A stretch of DNA of 64,000 nucleotides from an uncultured Nitrospiraceae bacterium (lineage in GTDB: Bacteria; Nitrospirota; Nitrospiria; Nitrospirales; Nitrospiraceae): positions 256,001 through 320,000 of the forward strand of contig CAVPLT010000001.1 of NCBI GenBank assembly GCA_963706325.1, given 5' to 3'. A program made the translations under genes and the position numbers. Under the pieces are notes generated by a model. It saw only the letters and a program-made list of their open reading frames with translations, was not told where the DNA came from and did no database searches. Below are positions 41,377-50,650 of the stretch, piece by piece. Position 1 is the first letter of the stretch. Each line of letters starts with the position of its first letter.

Positions 41377-42200
41377 TTAGCTGATCTCCCGCGCCATATC
41401 AGCGGCCTTGGCCGCTGCCTTAATCTTCTTCTGAATGTGATCCCATGTCGCAGTATCCGGCAACTTATCGATTATCCGAAGAGCCTTTTTCTTGGGCGTC
41501 AGCACATCCTTCTCTATACTAAGGTGCGCTCCAGGCGTCTGCCGTACGCTATCCGCAAACAGCATCCACTTCTTCTCATCAGGAAGAATCTGCATCAGAG
41601 AACTAGTGTGTTCTAAAGACCAGGTAAGGCCTTGAATCTCGTCATTGGCATATCGATCGACCCTGCTTGGCACGAGAATATTTTCCTTTTCAACATCCAC
41701 ATAAAAAGCGGCATTCTTTATGTATGGGGTCGTCACGAGCTCGGTTGGCCTAGCATGCATTCTCGGATCGTTTAAAAATTTCTGATCCTTCTTTATAGCG
41801 GAATTGGCAGATTTCTTAGTGGGAATGACACTGCCCCATTCACTTTTCGAAAGCGTTCTAAAGATCTCCATAAGAATTGTTTCTGGCTTTAAGGAAGAAT
41901 GGACGCCGATTCGCCAGAAACTACATCCATCAGATCTTCTACGCCCTCAAAAATCTCCGCAATCCATTGCTTCACATTATGGTCACTAAGCCTGCTCCAT
42001 AAGTCATTGCTCTGCTCAGGGAAAATTGCTGCGACCGTACAGGCCACAGCCTTGGCAAATTCTTCCAAACCTATGACAGCCAAGGCTGCCGCCCTCGAAT
42101 TGTGCCCATTTTCAGCCAATAACTTTGCTTCGGCAGATAATTCGTTGGCATTCGTTAGCGCTGCGGCGGCGACCATTCGGAAGGTCTTAGCAGGTGTCAT
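41377..42200 (-). pseudogene. AbiV-family (HEPN) protein split into two ORFs (41889-42200 and 41377-41871)
   Basis: ORF1 has NA..L..EA.LL...G...RA..LA..GLEE..K and H..K. ORF2 has KN..FYVD. The ORF2 frame is open back to 41946, overlapping ORF1. Region is AT-richer than its flanks. Confidence 0.65.
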
Positions 42201-42238
42201 TTAGTGAATATGACCTCCTCGATGTTTTGGCTATTCTA

Positions 42239-42381
42239 CAGGATGGTCAAAAAGGCTGCCCAGCAAGGCCGTAGGAAGCGCGACGACTGAGGCGTGCGAT
42301 CAAGAACGCCGCCTGGGACACGGCGCGTCTTGGCGCGCCTGTGGTCGGGCGGGTATGATTGTCGCCTTTTTCACCATCCTG
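42239..42381. mobile_element. MITE-like element with terminal inverted repeats
   Basis: CAGGATGGTCAAAAAGGC (42239-42256) and GCCTTTTTCACCATCCTG (42364-42381) match at 17/18. CTA on both sides. No transposase. Confidence 0.75.
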
Positions 42382-42768
42382 CTAGTACGGCATTTCGTCA
42401 TCGTCCAACCCGAAATGATGACCGATTTCATGCACGACGGTATCGCGCACTTCCTGCACGACTTCTTTCTTCGTGCGACAGATCCTGAGAATCGGCCCGC
42501 GATAGATAGAGATTCTTGCCGGTAGCTGCCCGCCGGTCTGAAAGAAGGATTCATGATCGATGGGGAGCCCTTGATAGAGGCCGAGCAGATCCTCGTCTTC
42601 CTCCATCTCCAGATCGGCTAACAGATCGGGAGAAGGCTCATCTTCCACCACCACGGCAACGTTGGAAATGAGCTTGGCATATTCGTCCGGCAGCCCATCC
42701 AGTGCTTGTTGCACCAGTTCCTGAAACTCAGGCTCCGTGACTGAAAGCAATGGTCGTCGATGTATCAT
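42382..42768 (-). CDS. Zincin-like metallopeptidase (DUF1025)
   Basis: LLGLYQG, ISIYRGPI, VVHEIGHHFG. Confidence 0.9.
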   Translation of the reverse strand: MIHRRPLLSVTEPEFQELVQQALDGLPDEYAKLISNVAVVVEDEPSPDLLADLEMEEDEDLLGLYQGLPIDHESFFQTGGQLPARISIYRGPILRICRTKKEVVQEVRDTVVHEIGHHFGLDDDEMPY

Positions 42769-42842
42769 GTGAGAAGCGAGCAGTCGTTCGGGATTAATTC
42801 GCTTTTCGCGTACAGAAAGGAGCTGGCTCAATCGTCCACCAT

Positions 42843-45488
42843 CTAGGGATGCGCGGCTCGCCAGTTGCAACCTACACCCAGATCCACCTTGAGCGGCACC
42901 GACAAACCGAGCTTCGTCCCCGTGGCCTCCATTTCCTGCTTCACGAGCTGCTTCGCTAGTTCCAATTCTTCGTCCGGCACTTCAAAGATCAACTCGTCAT
43001 GGACTTGGAGAATCATTTTGCAGTGGGGTAGCTCGACCTGCAGACGACGGTGGACATTGATCATGGCCACTTTAATGAGATCCGCGGCCGACCCTTGAAT
43101 CGGGCTATTGACGGCCATGCGCTCACCGGCGCCGCGCTGAGACGGATCCCCGCTCTGCAATTCCGGAATGGGCCGGCGGCGGCCAAGGATTGTCGTCGTA
43201 TACCCCTTGGTTTTGCCGTCTTCGATGTTCTTGTCCATCAAGGCCCGTACGGCCGCGAACTTTTCGAAGAACGTCTCGATGTACTTCTTTGCATCGGCCT
43301 GAGACACGCCGATGTTGGAGGCGAGACCGAACGGGCTGATCCCATACACAATCCCGAACACTACGCTCTTCGCCGCGCGCCGCATCTCTCGTGTGACTTG
43401 CTCGGACGGGAGGTTAAAAATCTCCATGGCTGTGGCCATGTGGATGTCCTCTCCCTTTTCAAAGACCTCAAGCAGACGTGGGTCTTGCGACAGATGCGCC
43501 AGAATACGCGGCTCGACCTGGCTATAGTCGGCGCAGAGCAGATGATGTCCCGTCGGCGCAATGAAGGCTTCGCGGATGCGCAGGCCGTAGTCGCCCTTGA
43601 CCGGAATGTTCTGGAGATTGGGATCCGTGGACGAGAGGCGGCCAGTGGCCGCGACGGTTTGATTCAATGACGTATGGAGCCGCTTGGTCTCCGGGTTCAC
43701 CAGTTGCGGCAGCGCATCGACATAGGTCGATTTTAATTTGGTCAACGTACGATAGTTCAGAATTTGCGCCGGTAGCTCGTGCAGGGCTGCCAGTTGCGTC
43801 AGCGTGTCTTCGTCCGTGGAGTAGCCCGTCTTGGTTTTCCGGAGTGGTTTCAGCCCAAGATTCTCGAACAGGACCGTGGCCAACTGCTTGGGGGAGCCGA
43901 TATTGAATTCACCCCCGGCGAGCCGATAAATGGTCCCCACCATCTGGTCGAGCTCGCGCTCAAGTTCCTTGCTGAGCCCCTGCAGACCCTCCACATCGAG
44001 TAGAAAACCATTGCGTTCGATATCGGCCAAGACCGGCAAAAGCGGCATCTCCACATCCTGAAACAAGGCGAGACTTCCTTGCTGTGTGAGGCGCTCACTC
44101 AACATCGGCGCAACCTTAGCCACCACTGCCGCCGTTTCCCCTGCTTGTCGTATCTGCCGCTCCTCTGCATCGAAGAGCGAGGCCGGCTCCTTACTCGCCT
44201 GCGCATCAGCCCCTCCTCCAAGCTGATAGCTCAAGAGGTCCATCGCGATAGCTTCCACGGTATGCGCGCGGCGATTGGGATTCAGCAGGTAGTCGGCGAC
44301 CATGATGTCGAAATAGGGACCCGGCATCTCGATTCCCTTACGGGAGAGGGCCACTAGAACCGTTTTAAAATCGTGCGCCGCCTTTACTGTGCCGGCGTTA
44401 CGCAGAAGTTCGCCTATTGGTCTCGGCCAGCTTCGCGCCTCGTTCCGGAGAAACGTGGCGCCACCGTCCGGTAGACCCAACGCACAACCTCCTATGTCAG
44501 CCCGCACGCCCGGTTCACCCGTCAATACACAGGCGAGGCTCACCATTTCGTCCGTTTGTAGCCTCGCAAGAAAGGATATGGCAGCGGCATCATCGCGGAG
44601 GTCTTCGAGCTCACTCCCTAATCTGTTTTGCTCAGGAGTGTCACCCCGAAAGGCTTTGGCCAGGGTCATGAACTCCAGCTCACGGAGCAGAGCCACTAAT
44701 GTTTCCGTATGCGGTGCCCTCGCCTGAAACTGATCTGGTGCAAACTCGAAGGGACAATCCACCTGGATCGTCGCCAGGCGCTTGCTCAGGCGCGCCTGTT
44801 CACCCTGTTCCAACAAAAGATTTTTGGTTTTGGTCGGAGTGACTTCCTCGACCCGTCGAAGGACCTCTTCGATCGTGCCGAACTGCATGATCAGCTTCAC
44901 CGCTGTTTTCTCGCCGATTCCTTTGACACCGGGGATATTGTCGCTGGCATCGCCCATCAGACCCATGATCTCAACTACCCTCGCCGGTTCGACACCGAAT
45001 CGGGCTTGCGCATCCGCTTCGCCGAGCCATTTGTCCTTGACCGGATCATAAATACGCGTCTTCGACGTGAGTAGTTGGAACATATCTTTGTCGCTGGTGA
45101 CGATCGCGACTTCAAGGCCTTGGGCTTCGGCTTTTCGCGCCAATGTCCCGATCAGATCATCGGCTTCATAACCCGCCTGGCTTATTACCGGCAACGCCAA
45201 CGCCTCTACCACACGGTGGATGTAGGGAACCTGCGCGCTCATCCCCTGCGGCATCGGAGGCCTTTGCGCCTTGTACTCCTTGAATGCCTCATGGCGGTGG
45301 GTCGGGCCCTTCTCGTCGAAGACTACGGCGACATAGTCCGGCCGGTGGTCGCGCAGGACCTTCATCATCATGGTCGTAAAACCATACACGGCGTTGGTCT
45401 GGAGCCCTTTGGAATTGGACAGGGGCGGCAAGGCAAAGAATGCCCGATAGATATAGGCGCTACCGTCGATGAGATAGAGAGTGGGCAT
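42843..45488 (-). CDS. polA: DNA polymerase I
   Basis: LIDGS..YRAF, YEADD, GDASDNIPGV, TGRLSS, ADYSQVE, LQVHDEL. Confidence 0.99.
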   Translation of the reverse strand: MPTLYLIDGSAYIYRAFFALPPLSNSKGLQTNAVYGFTTMMMKVLRDHRPDYVAVVFDEKGPTHRHEAFKEYKAQRPPMPQGMSAQVPYIHRVVEALALPVISQAGYEADDLIGTLARKAEAQGLEVAIVTSDKDMFQLLTSKTRIYDPVKDKWLGEADAQARFGVEPARVVEIMGLMGDASDNIPGVKGIGEKTAVKLIMQFGTIEEVLRRVEEVTPTKTKNLLLEQGEQARLSKRLATIQVDCPFEFAPDQFQARAPHTETLVALLRELEFMTLAKAFRGDTPEQNRLGSELEDLRDDAAAISFLARLQTDEMVSLACVLTGEPGVRADIGGCALGLPDGGATFLRNEARSWPRPIGELLRNAGTVKAAHDFKTVLVALSRKGIEMPGPYFDIMVADYLLNPNRRAHTVEAIAMDLLSYQLGGGADAQASKEPASLFDAEERQIRQAGETAAVVAKVAPMLSERLTQQGSLALFQDVEMPLLPVLADIERNGFLLDVEGLQGLSKELERELDQMVGTIYRLAGGEFNIGSPKQLATVLFENLGLKPLRKTKTGYSTDEDTLTQLAALHELPAQILNYRTLTKLKSTYVDALPQLVNPETKRLHTSLNQTVAATGRLSSTDPNLQNIPVKGDYGLRIREAFIAPTGHHLLCADYSQVEPRILAHLSQDPRLLEVFEKGEDIHMATAMEIFNLPSEQVTREMRRAAKSVVFGIVYGISPFGLASNIGVSQADAKKYIETFFEKFAAVRALMDKNIEDGKTKGYTTTILGRRRPIPELQSGDPSQRGAGERMAVNSPIQGSAADLIKVAMINVHRRLQVELPHCKMILQVHDELIFEVPDEELELAKQLVKQEMEATGTKLGLSVPLKVDLGVGCNWRAAHP

Positions 45489-45556
45489 CGGCAAAATAGA
45501 ACGTCATTAGGACTAATGGGACCCTAGTCCCCCGCTGTGTATGGACCAACCAACGG

Positions 45557-45991
45557 TTACTTTTCCGGCGCGATAATGAGTGGTGGTTTGTCGAATTTGG
45601 CACGCATGGAGTTGATCGTACTGAGCACGGTCGACTGCCCCACGATCTTGGCTTCCAACCGACGTTTTCCCGGGAACTCGACCAACGAGAGTCCGATCAA
45701 CATCGTCAGCACCCCCTGTCCGGGCAAGAACAACATGAGAAGGCCAGCGAGTAGAAAAATAGCTCCCACCACATTCTTCACGATGTGTCCGATGACGCGA
45801 AGTACGGGATGGTGGTTCTCCATCCAAGGGCGCGGAATACGAACGTCGAAATAGTCGGCGGGGAGCCGCATGAGAATGATCGGAATGGCCACCAGCGTCC
45901 CCACGAACATGAACACAGAGGACACGGCGAACGAAATCAGGACATTGGCCGGCACATAGGATTCGATCTGTGTCAGGAGTTCACTTATCAC
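45557..45991 (-). CDS. PGPGW-family membrane protein
   Basis: RLPADYF, KN..G......G..ML.LPGQG.LT...G..L..FPGK. Confidence 0.75.
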   Translation of the reverse strand: MISELLTQIESYVPANVLISFAVSSVFMFVGTLVAIPIILMRLPADYFDVRIPRPWMENHHPVLRVIGHIVKNVVGAIFLLAGLLMLFLPGQGVLTMLIGLSLVEFPGKRRLEAKIVGQSTVLSTINSMRAKFDKPPLIIAPEK

Positions 45992-46083
45992 GGGCGCATC
46001 CTAGCATGGGGCTTCTCATGGCCGAAAGGGTTCCGCAGCGGCGGGTTTACGTTCCCTACGCCTCCAGGCTATAATTCTGCCCT

Positions 46084-46488
46084 ATGTTATCGCAGCAAAC
46101 CAGCAACGCGATCCCGACGCAAACCTGCTTGTCGGGCTGCCGCGCAATCGTTCTCGGGCTCACTCTGTCCTCCGCGATCATCGGCGTGAATGGTCACGTG
46201 ACGCACGCCGCCGACGCCAGCTCCAATGCCACGGAGTCGGAGCTCCAGATCGACATCACCAAAATCGGGCTCGGCAAAGAGGTGGTGATCACCCAGGGTA
46301 GGAAGGAATGGTTCATGCGAGTGGAAGTCACTCCCGAAAATTCCGTGGTGGTGCGCCAGGAAAAAGAGGGGGAGCGTTATCTGCTCGACGAGAGCGAGAT
46401 GCACGACCGCGCTATGACCCCAGCCGAAGTGGAGACGGCCATCACCGACTTTGTGAACAGCGTCAAAACCAGGCAGAAGGTCCAATAG
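46084..46488 (+). CDS. Exported hypothetical protein
   Basis: Signal-peptide-like N-terminus ending THA; directly upstream of the dsrE-like gene. Confidence 0.6.
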   Translation: MLSQQTSNAIPTQTCLSGCRAIVLGLTLSSAIIGVNGHVTHAADASSNATESELQIDITKIGLGKEVVITQGRKEWFMRVEVTPENSVVVRQEKEGERYLLDESEMHDRAMTPAEVETAITDFVNSVKTRQKVQ

Positions 46489-46493
46489 CCCGC

Positions 46494-46913
46494 ATGGCAG
46501 ATAAACCCAAATTCGTCATCTTCGCGCACAACGCTACCTACGATAAATTGCACCAAGTTGCGACCCTGGGATTGACGGCCGCCGCGATGGGCAAGGACGT
46601 CATCGTGGTATTGCTGTTTTGGACCATCAAGAAGCTGGCCGAAGGCAAGATCGACGTCATCGATTTCCCGCCGGAGTATGCCGCCTCCGCAGAGCAGGTC
46701 GCCCGTCTGTTGAAGGAAAAGAAGGTCCCGACGATTTCAGAAATGTTTCACGAAGCCCGTCTTGTGGGGCAATTTCACCTGATTGCCTGTAGTGCAGGCC
46801 TGGAATACATGGGCGTGGAAGCAGCCGCCGTGGAACGCAACGTGGATGAAGTCCTTGGTCTCCCCTCGATTCTCTCGCTGACCGCGCAAGCAGAAACCAA
46901 ACTTTTTATCTGA
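46494..46913 (+). CDS. DsrE/DsrF/DrsH-like protein
   Basis: AAAMGKDV, IACSAG, C-terminal LFI. Confidence 0.8.
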   Translation: MADKPKFVIFAHNATYDKLHQVATLGLTAAAMGKDVIVVLLFWTIKKLAEGKIDVIDFPPEYAASAEQVARLLKEKKVPTISEMFHEARLVGQFHLIACSAGLEYMGVEAAAVERNVDEVLGLPSILSLTAQAETKLFI

Positions 46914-46977
46914 CCGATCAAAAACCGACAAGGCACGGAATAGCCATGCCGAAACCGGGATCTGTCGCCCTTGTCCT

Positions 46978-47637
46978 TTAGCGCGAGTGCGTCACGCCGA
47001 CCCGATCGCAATACTCCGCGATCTTGCACAAGCTGCAGAATGGTGAGACTGGCTGGCAGAGGTTCTGCCCGTAGGGCACGAGGAGATCGTTGAAGATGAT
47101 CCAATACTCGCGTGGAAGCTTTCTGCGGAGCGCCTGCTCGGTTTCGTCTGGAGTCTTGGTTTTTACATAGCCCCACCGATTACTGATCCGGTGGACATGA
47201 ATGTCGACACAAATCCCCGGTTTCTCATAACCGACCGTCACGACCAGGTTCGCCGTCTTTCGCCCAACTCCGGGCAGTGTCAGCAATTCGTCGATGGTGT
47301 CCGGTACTCGGCCCTCGTATCGTTCGAGAAGCTGCGTGCAAATCTGCTGAATCTGTTTCGCCTTCGTCCGATAGAAACCGACTGGGTAAATGGCCTGTTC
47401 AGTCGCTTCGACCAACAATTCCCTCATGGTGGCTGCGGTCGAGGCTAAGGCAAAGAGTCGCGCGCTGGCTTCGGCGGTCGTCTTATCTTTGGTCCGCAGG
47501 CTGAGGAGACAGGAAATCAATACAAGGAAGGGATCACGGCCGGACCGTCTGGCCACGACACCGACAACCGGGTCAGGCCAGCGAGCGATTTCCCGCTTGA
47601 CCGTCCGGATAACGGCGTGAATATCTTTCGCCTGCAT
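46978..47637 (-). CDS. nth: Endonuclease III
   Basis: LPGVGRKTAN, VDIHVHR, C-X6-C-X2-C-X5-C. Confidence 0.93.
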   Translation of the reverse strand: MQAKDIHAVIRTVKREIARWPDPVVGVVARRSGRDPFLVLISCLLSLRTKDKTTAEASARLFALASTAATMRELLVEATEQAIYPVGFYRTKAKQIQQICTQLLERYEGRVPDTIDELLTLPGVGRKTANLVVTVGYEKPGICVDIHVHRISNRWGYVKTKTPDETEQALRRKLPREYWIIFNDLLVPYGQNLCQPVSPFCSLCKIAEYCDRVGVTHSR

Positions 47638-47707
47638 GGTCTGCCGGGAAAGGAAGTGGACGGGGAGATGATCGAAATGGTCGACGGAGGGAATGGAAGT
47701 CTGACGA

Positions 47708-47902
47708 CTAGTCTGAGCGTCTCTTCGCAAGCCACTTCTGCCGGCGGCGCTGCGCTTCTCGCTCTTTGGCCTTTTTCCGAACGCTCGGCTTTTCGTAATA
47801 CCGGCGTCTTTTCAGTTCGCGGAACAATCCTTCGCCCGCCAATTTTTTCTTGGCGACCTTCAGGGCTTTTTCGACGTTGTTGTTGAAGACCTTAATTTCC
47901 AT
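47708..47902 (-). CDS. rpsU: 30S ribosomal protein S21
   Basis: VEKAL, RRYYEKPS. Confidence 0.95.
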   Translation of the reverse strand: MEIKVFNNNVEKALKVAKKKLAGEGLFRELKRRRYYEKPSVRKKAKEREAQRRRQKWLAKRRSD

Positions 47903-47925
47903 CGTCAGGTACCTTCGACCCTCTT

Positions 47926-49488
47926 TCAGCGAAGTTTCAGAATATTCAACACTTTTTGCGACCACGAATCGAAGGGCGGAGTGTAGCATAGCGATTTCGC
48001 ATCCACAAGCATTTGTTCTGCCGCCGAGAATCGATCACGAATCGATGCAATAAGCTGCTGGTTTGGCTGTGTTTTCATGTTTTCATCGACCATCCCAAGA
48101 CATCCATCGATGACCGCATCCGCGAGATGCATCCCCATGTTGAGATCGGGATGAACCTCGGGTTTCGCCGACGTCAGGAGTCCGCGCAGCAACGGAATGA
48201 TTTCGCAGGACAGTTTCACAATTTCCAGCGGCGTTTCTGTGGCCATCAACAAACTCGAAGCGAGTTGAAGCGCGCGATCTGGGTGGTGGGGCGGGAGCTT
48301 GTTTGCCTGAAGCACCTGCGCATAGGCCCCTCGATCGATCTTGACCAATTCGTGGAGACGCGTTCGAATTTCGATTAGCCGCGTTTCGACCACCCGTGCC
48401 CGATTCAGTTTGGCCACCATGATGCCCAAGGAGGCCGCGAATGCGGCCGAGAGAGCGCCCACACTGCCCCCTGTCAAACTCTGACCCTCTGGCATCATTC
48501 CATCGATTGCCCCGGATTTAGCCGGCGATACCGCCTTTGCCTTGAGTGGCTGCGTTGTCGACACGCGACCGAACGCCTCTCGCGATTCGACACTGTCCAA
48601 TCGCGCTTCGAGAACCTGCCGACCGTCAAATTGATTCAGATGCAGCGCATGCTGCGCTGTTGCAATCAAGGCTTGCTCTGGGACCAGGCCAATAATTTCA
48701 GTACCGGCCACATCCACTCCACGAGCCTCGGCCTCCCGCTGCACGACGGCAAATGCGGCGTGCAGGGGTGTCTCCTCATGGTTCGTCAGATTCATCGACA
48801 CTTGCACTAAGCCCGAAGTTTTCAGGTCAACGCCGATGGCCTTGACGAATGGGAGGCCCCCGCTCGACTGTCGAACGACCTTGGCAATGTCGGTGGCGAC
48901 CGACAGATCGCGGCTCTTCAGATTTACATTAAAGGCGATGAGCGGCCACCGCGCCCCCACGACCGTTGCCCCCGCGGTCTGGTGCAGGTGCTTCGGCCCG
49001 AAGTCCGGCACCCATGCCGGCTCGGTCTCCATCCTCGCTCCCAACCCTTTCAGGCCGCCCTTTCGAATCTCCTCGAGGTTCTTCCGCTCGGGCCGAGAGG
49101 CTGCTTCCTCATACAGAAACACCGGGATCTTGAGTTCGTTGCCGATACGTTGTCCAACCATCCGAGCCAGCTGCATACAATCCTGCATGCTGACGCCGCG
49201 AATGGGCACAAAAGGCATTACGTCCGTCGCGCCGACACGTGGATGTTCGCCATGATGGCTGCGCAGGTCGATCAGCTGAGACGCCACCCGTGCCATTTGA
49301 AACGCCACCTCGGCTACAGCATAGGGTCGACCGGCCAACGTCACCACCGCCCGATGATGATCGGGGTCCATGGTCTCATCCAGCAAGGCCACACCGGTCA
49401 CGGAACGGACGATATCGACCAGCGCTCGGACCACGTCGGGATTCCGACCCTCACTGAAGTTCGGCACGCATTCGACGACTTGATTCAC
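47926..49488 (-). CDS. ftcD: Glutamate formiminotransferase with a C-terminal cyclodeaminase-like domain
   Basis: VECVPNFSEGR, DHHR.V.T, HPRVGATDVMPFVP, QVSMNL, EIIGLVP. C-terminal GGS..ALSAA.AASL..MV. Confidence 0.9.
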   Translation of the reverse strand: MNQVVECVPNFSEGRNPDVVRALVDIVRSVTGVALLDETMDPDHHRAVVTLAGRPYAVAEVAFQMARVASQLIDLRSHHGEHPRVGATDVMPFVPIRGVSMQDCMQLARMVGQRIGNELKIPVFLYEEAASRPERKNLEEIRKGGLKGLGARMETEPAWVPDFGPKHLHQTAGATVVGARWPLIAFNVNLKSRDLSVATDIAKVVRQSSGGLPFVKAIGVDLKTSGLVQVSMNLTNHEETPLHAAFAVVQREAEARGVDVAGTEIIGLVPEQALIATAQHALHLNQFDGRQVLEARLDSVESREAFGRVSTTQPLKAKAVSPAKSGAIDGMMPEGQSLTGGSVGALSAAFAASLGIMVAKLNRARVVETRLIEIRTRLHELVKIDRGAYAQVLQANKLPPHHPDRALQLASSLLMATETPLEIVKLSCEIIPLLRGLLTSAKPEVHPDLNMGMHLADAVIDGCLGMVDENMKTQPNQQLIASIRDRFSAAEQMLVDAKSLCYTPPFDSWSQKVLNILKLR

Positions 49489-49551
49489 CCCAATGCCTCT
49501 TCCGCCATGACTTCCCTGTGATGCGCCGCTCGCCCCGAAAGTTCGCGCAAG

Positions 49552-49589
49552 AAAAAAGCCGGAGGCTGGTGATCCTGCCCTCCGGCTTT
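49552..49589 (-). terminator. Intrinsic terminator after tusA
   Basis: AAAGCCGGAGG...CCTCCGGCTTT with a U-run on the minus strand. Confidence 0.75.
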
Positions 49590-49632
49590 GCCTAGCATGA
49601 CAGCCTCGCCTATACGCGCCTGTCGCCGAGCG

Positions 49633-49878
49633 TTACTTCGTTTTTTTGACAAAGGCCTTATAGATCCGCTTGGAGGAGCTTTGCTCCTCCTCCAAGCCAA
49701 CCATTTCGTGGCCGGTGGTCTGACACCAGGCCGGCATGTCTTTCTTGATGCCTTCATCGTCCGACACGACTTCCAGCACCTGACCGGTCGTGAGTTCCTT
49801 GATCTTCTTCGAGGTCAAAATTATCGGCATCGGGCAAAAATACCCAAGCGTATCGAGTTTCACATCGGCCTGTATCAT
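49633..49878 (-). CDS. tusA: TusA/SirA family sulfur carrier
   Basis: LDTLG..CPMP, LEVVSDD, PAWC..TGH. Confidence 0.9.
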   Translation of the reverse strand: MIQADVKLDTLGYFCPMPIILTSKKIKELTTGQVLEVVSDDEGIKKDMPAWCQTTGHEMVGLEEEQSSSKRIYKAFVKKTK

Positions 49879-49899
49879 AACGCTCCCTCGGCCCGTCGC

Positions 49900-50430
49900 T
49901 TATATGAACAGATTAACGCTGCCCTGCTTGGCTTCGGCCAAGTAGGTGGTCACACCGGCGAACTGGTCGATCCCATCGATCAATGTGTCCTTGGTAATCC
50001 CCATCAACCCCATCGTCGTCGTGCAGGCAATGAAGTGGACCCCGAGGTCCAACGCCATATCCATCAATTCCGGCACGCCCGGCATACGATTTTTCTTCAT
50101 CACCACCTGCATCATCTTGGTGCCGAGCCCCCAGAAGTGGAACCGGGACAACGGCAGCTGATCGGCTCCGCCTTTATTGAGGAGTCCGAACATGCGGCGC
50201 AGCAAGTCCGTGGCCGAACTGCGCGCCCCCTTTTTCCGAATCGTGTTCAATCCCCAAAAGGTAAAAAACACCGTCACCTGCATTCCCATGGCAGCGGCCC
50301 CTGTGGCAATAATGAACGCGGCCATGGCCTTGTCCAGATCGCCACTGAGAAGCACGATGGTGACACGATCCGGTTTCGATTCGCGCAGCTCCGCGAGAGC
50401 AGCCGTCGGTTCAACTTGCGCAGTGATCAT
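49900..50430 (-). CDS. DsrE2-like sulfurtransferase
   Basis: SGDLDKAMAAFIIATGAAAMG, FFTFWGL, IACTTTM..MG, LFI. Confidence 0.88.
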   Translation of the reverse strand: MITAQVEPTAALAELRESKPDRVTIVLLSGDLDKAMAAFIIATGAAAMGMQVTVFFTFWGLNTIRKKGARSSATDLLRRMFGLLNKGGADQLPLSRFHFWGLGTKMMQVVMKKNRMPGVPELMDMALDLGVHFIACTTTMGLMGITKDTLIDGIDQFAGVTTYLAEAKQGSVNLFI

Positions 50431-50482
50431 CGGTTACCTCGCTTCTTAACCTACGAATATCGCCCGTTCAAGGGCGAAAGAA

Positions 50483-50516
50483 ACTATAGTCTCCGCTTCT
50501 TTTTCTTGTCAAGAAA
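50483..50516 (-). promoter_or_regulatory. sigma70 promoter for dsrE2-tusA, with a palindrome over the -35
   Basis: Minus strand TTGACA-18 nt-TATAGT; TTTCTTG-T-CAAGAAA at 50502-50516. Confidence 0.6.
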
Positions 50517-50569
50517 CGCGAAGTCCCGATGGTCCTCCTCCTCACGCCTCATATCACCTCGACGGTTGC

Positions 50570-50598
50570 TTGACCTGCTGCGGACCCCCCGTTATAGT
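50570..50598 (+). promoter_or_regulatory. sigma70 promoter for the Rieske oxygenase
   Basis: TTGACC-17 nt-TATAGT. Confidence 0.6.
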
Positions 50599-50650
50599 TC
50601 CGGGTCACTCAGATGCTGACTCCGCGTATAGCGTACTCAGCTTCTCACCT

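Noticed and set aside
49588..50619. 343-aa plus-strand ORF
   Set aside because: Antisense to tusA and dsrE2, which have clear motifs, a promoter and a terminator.
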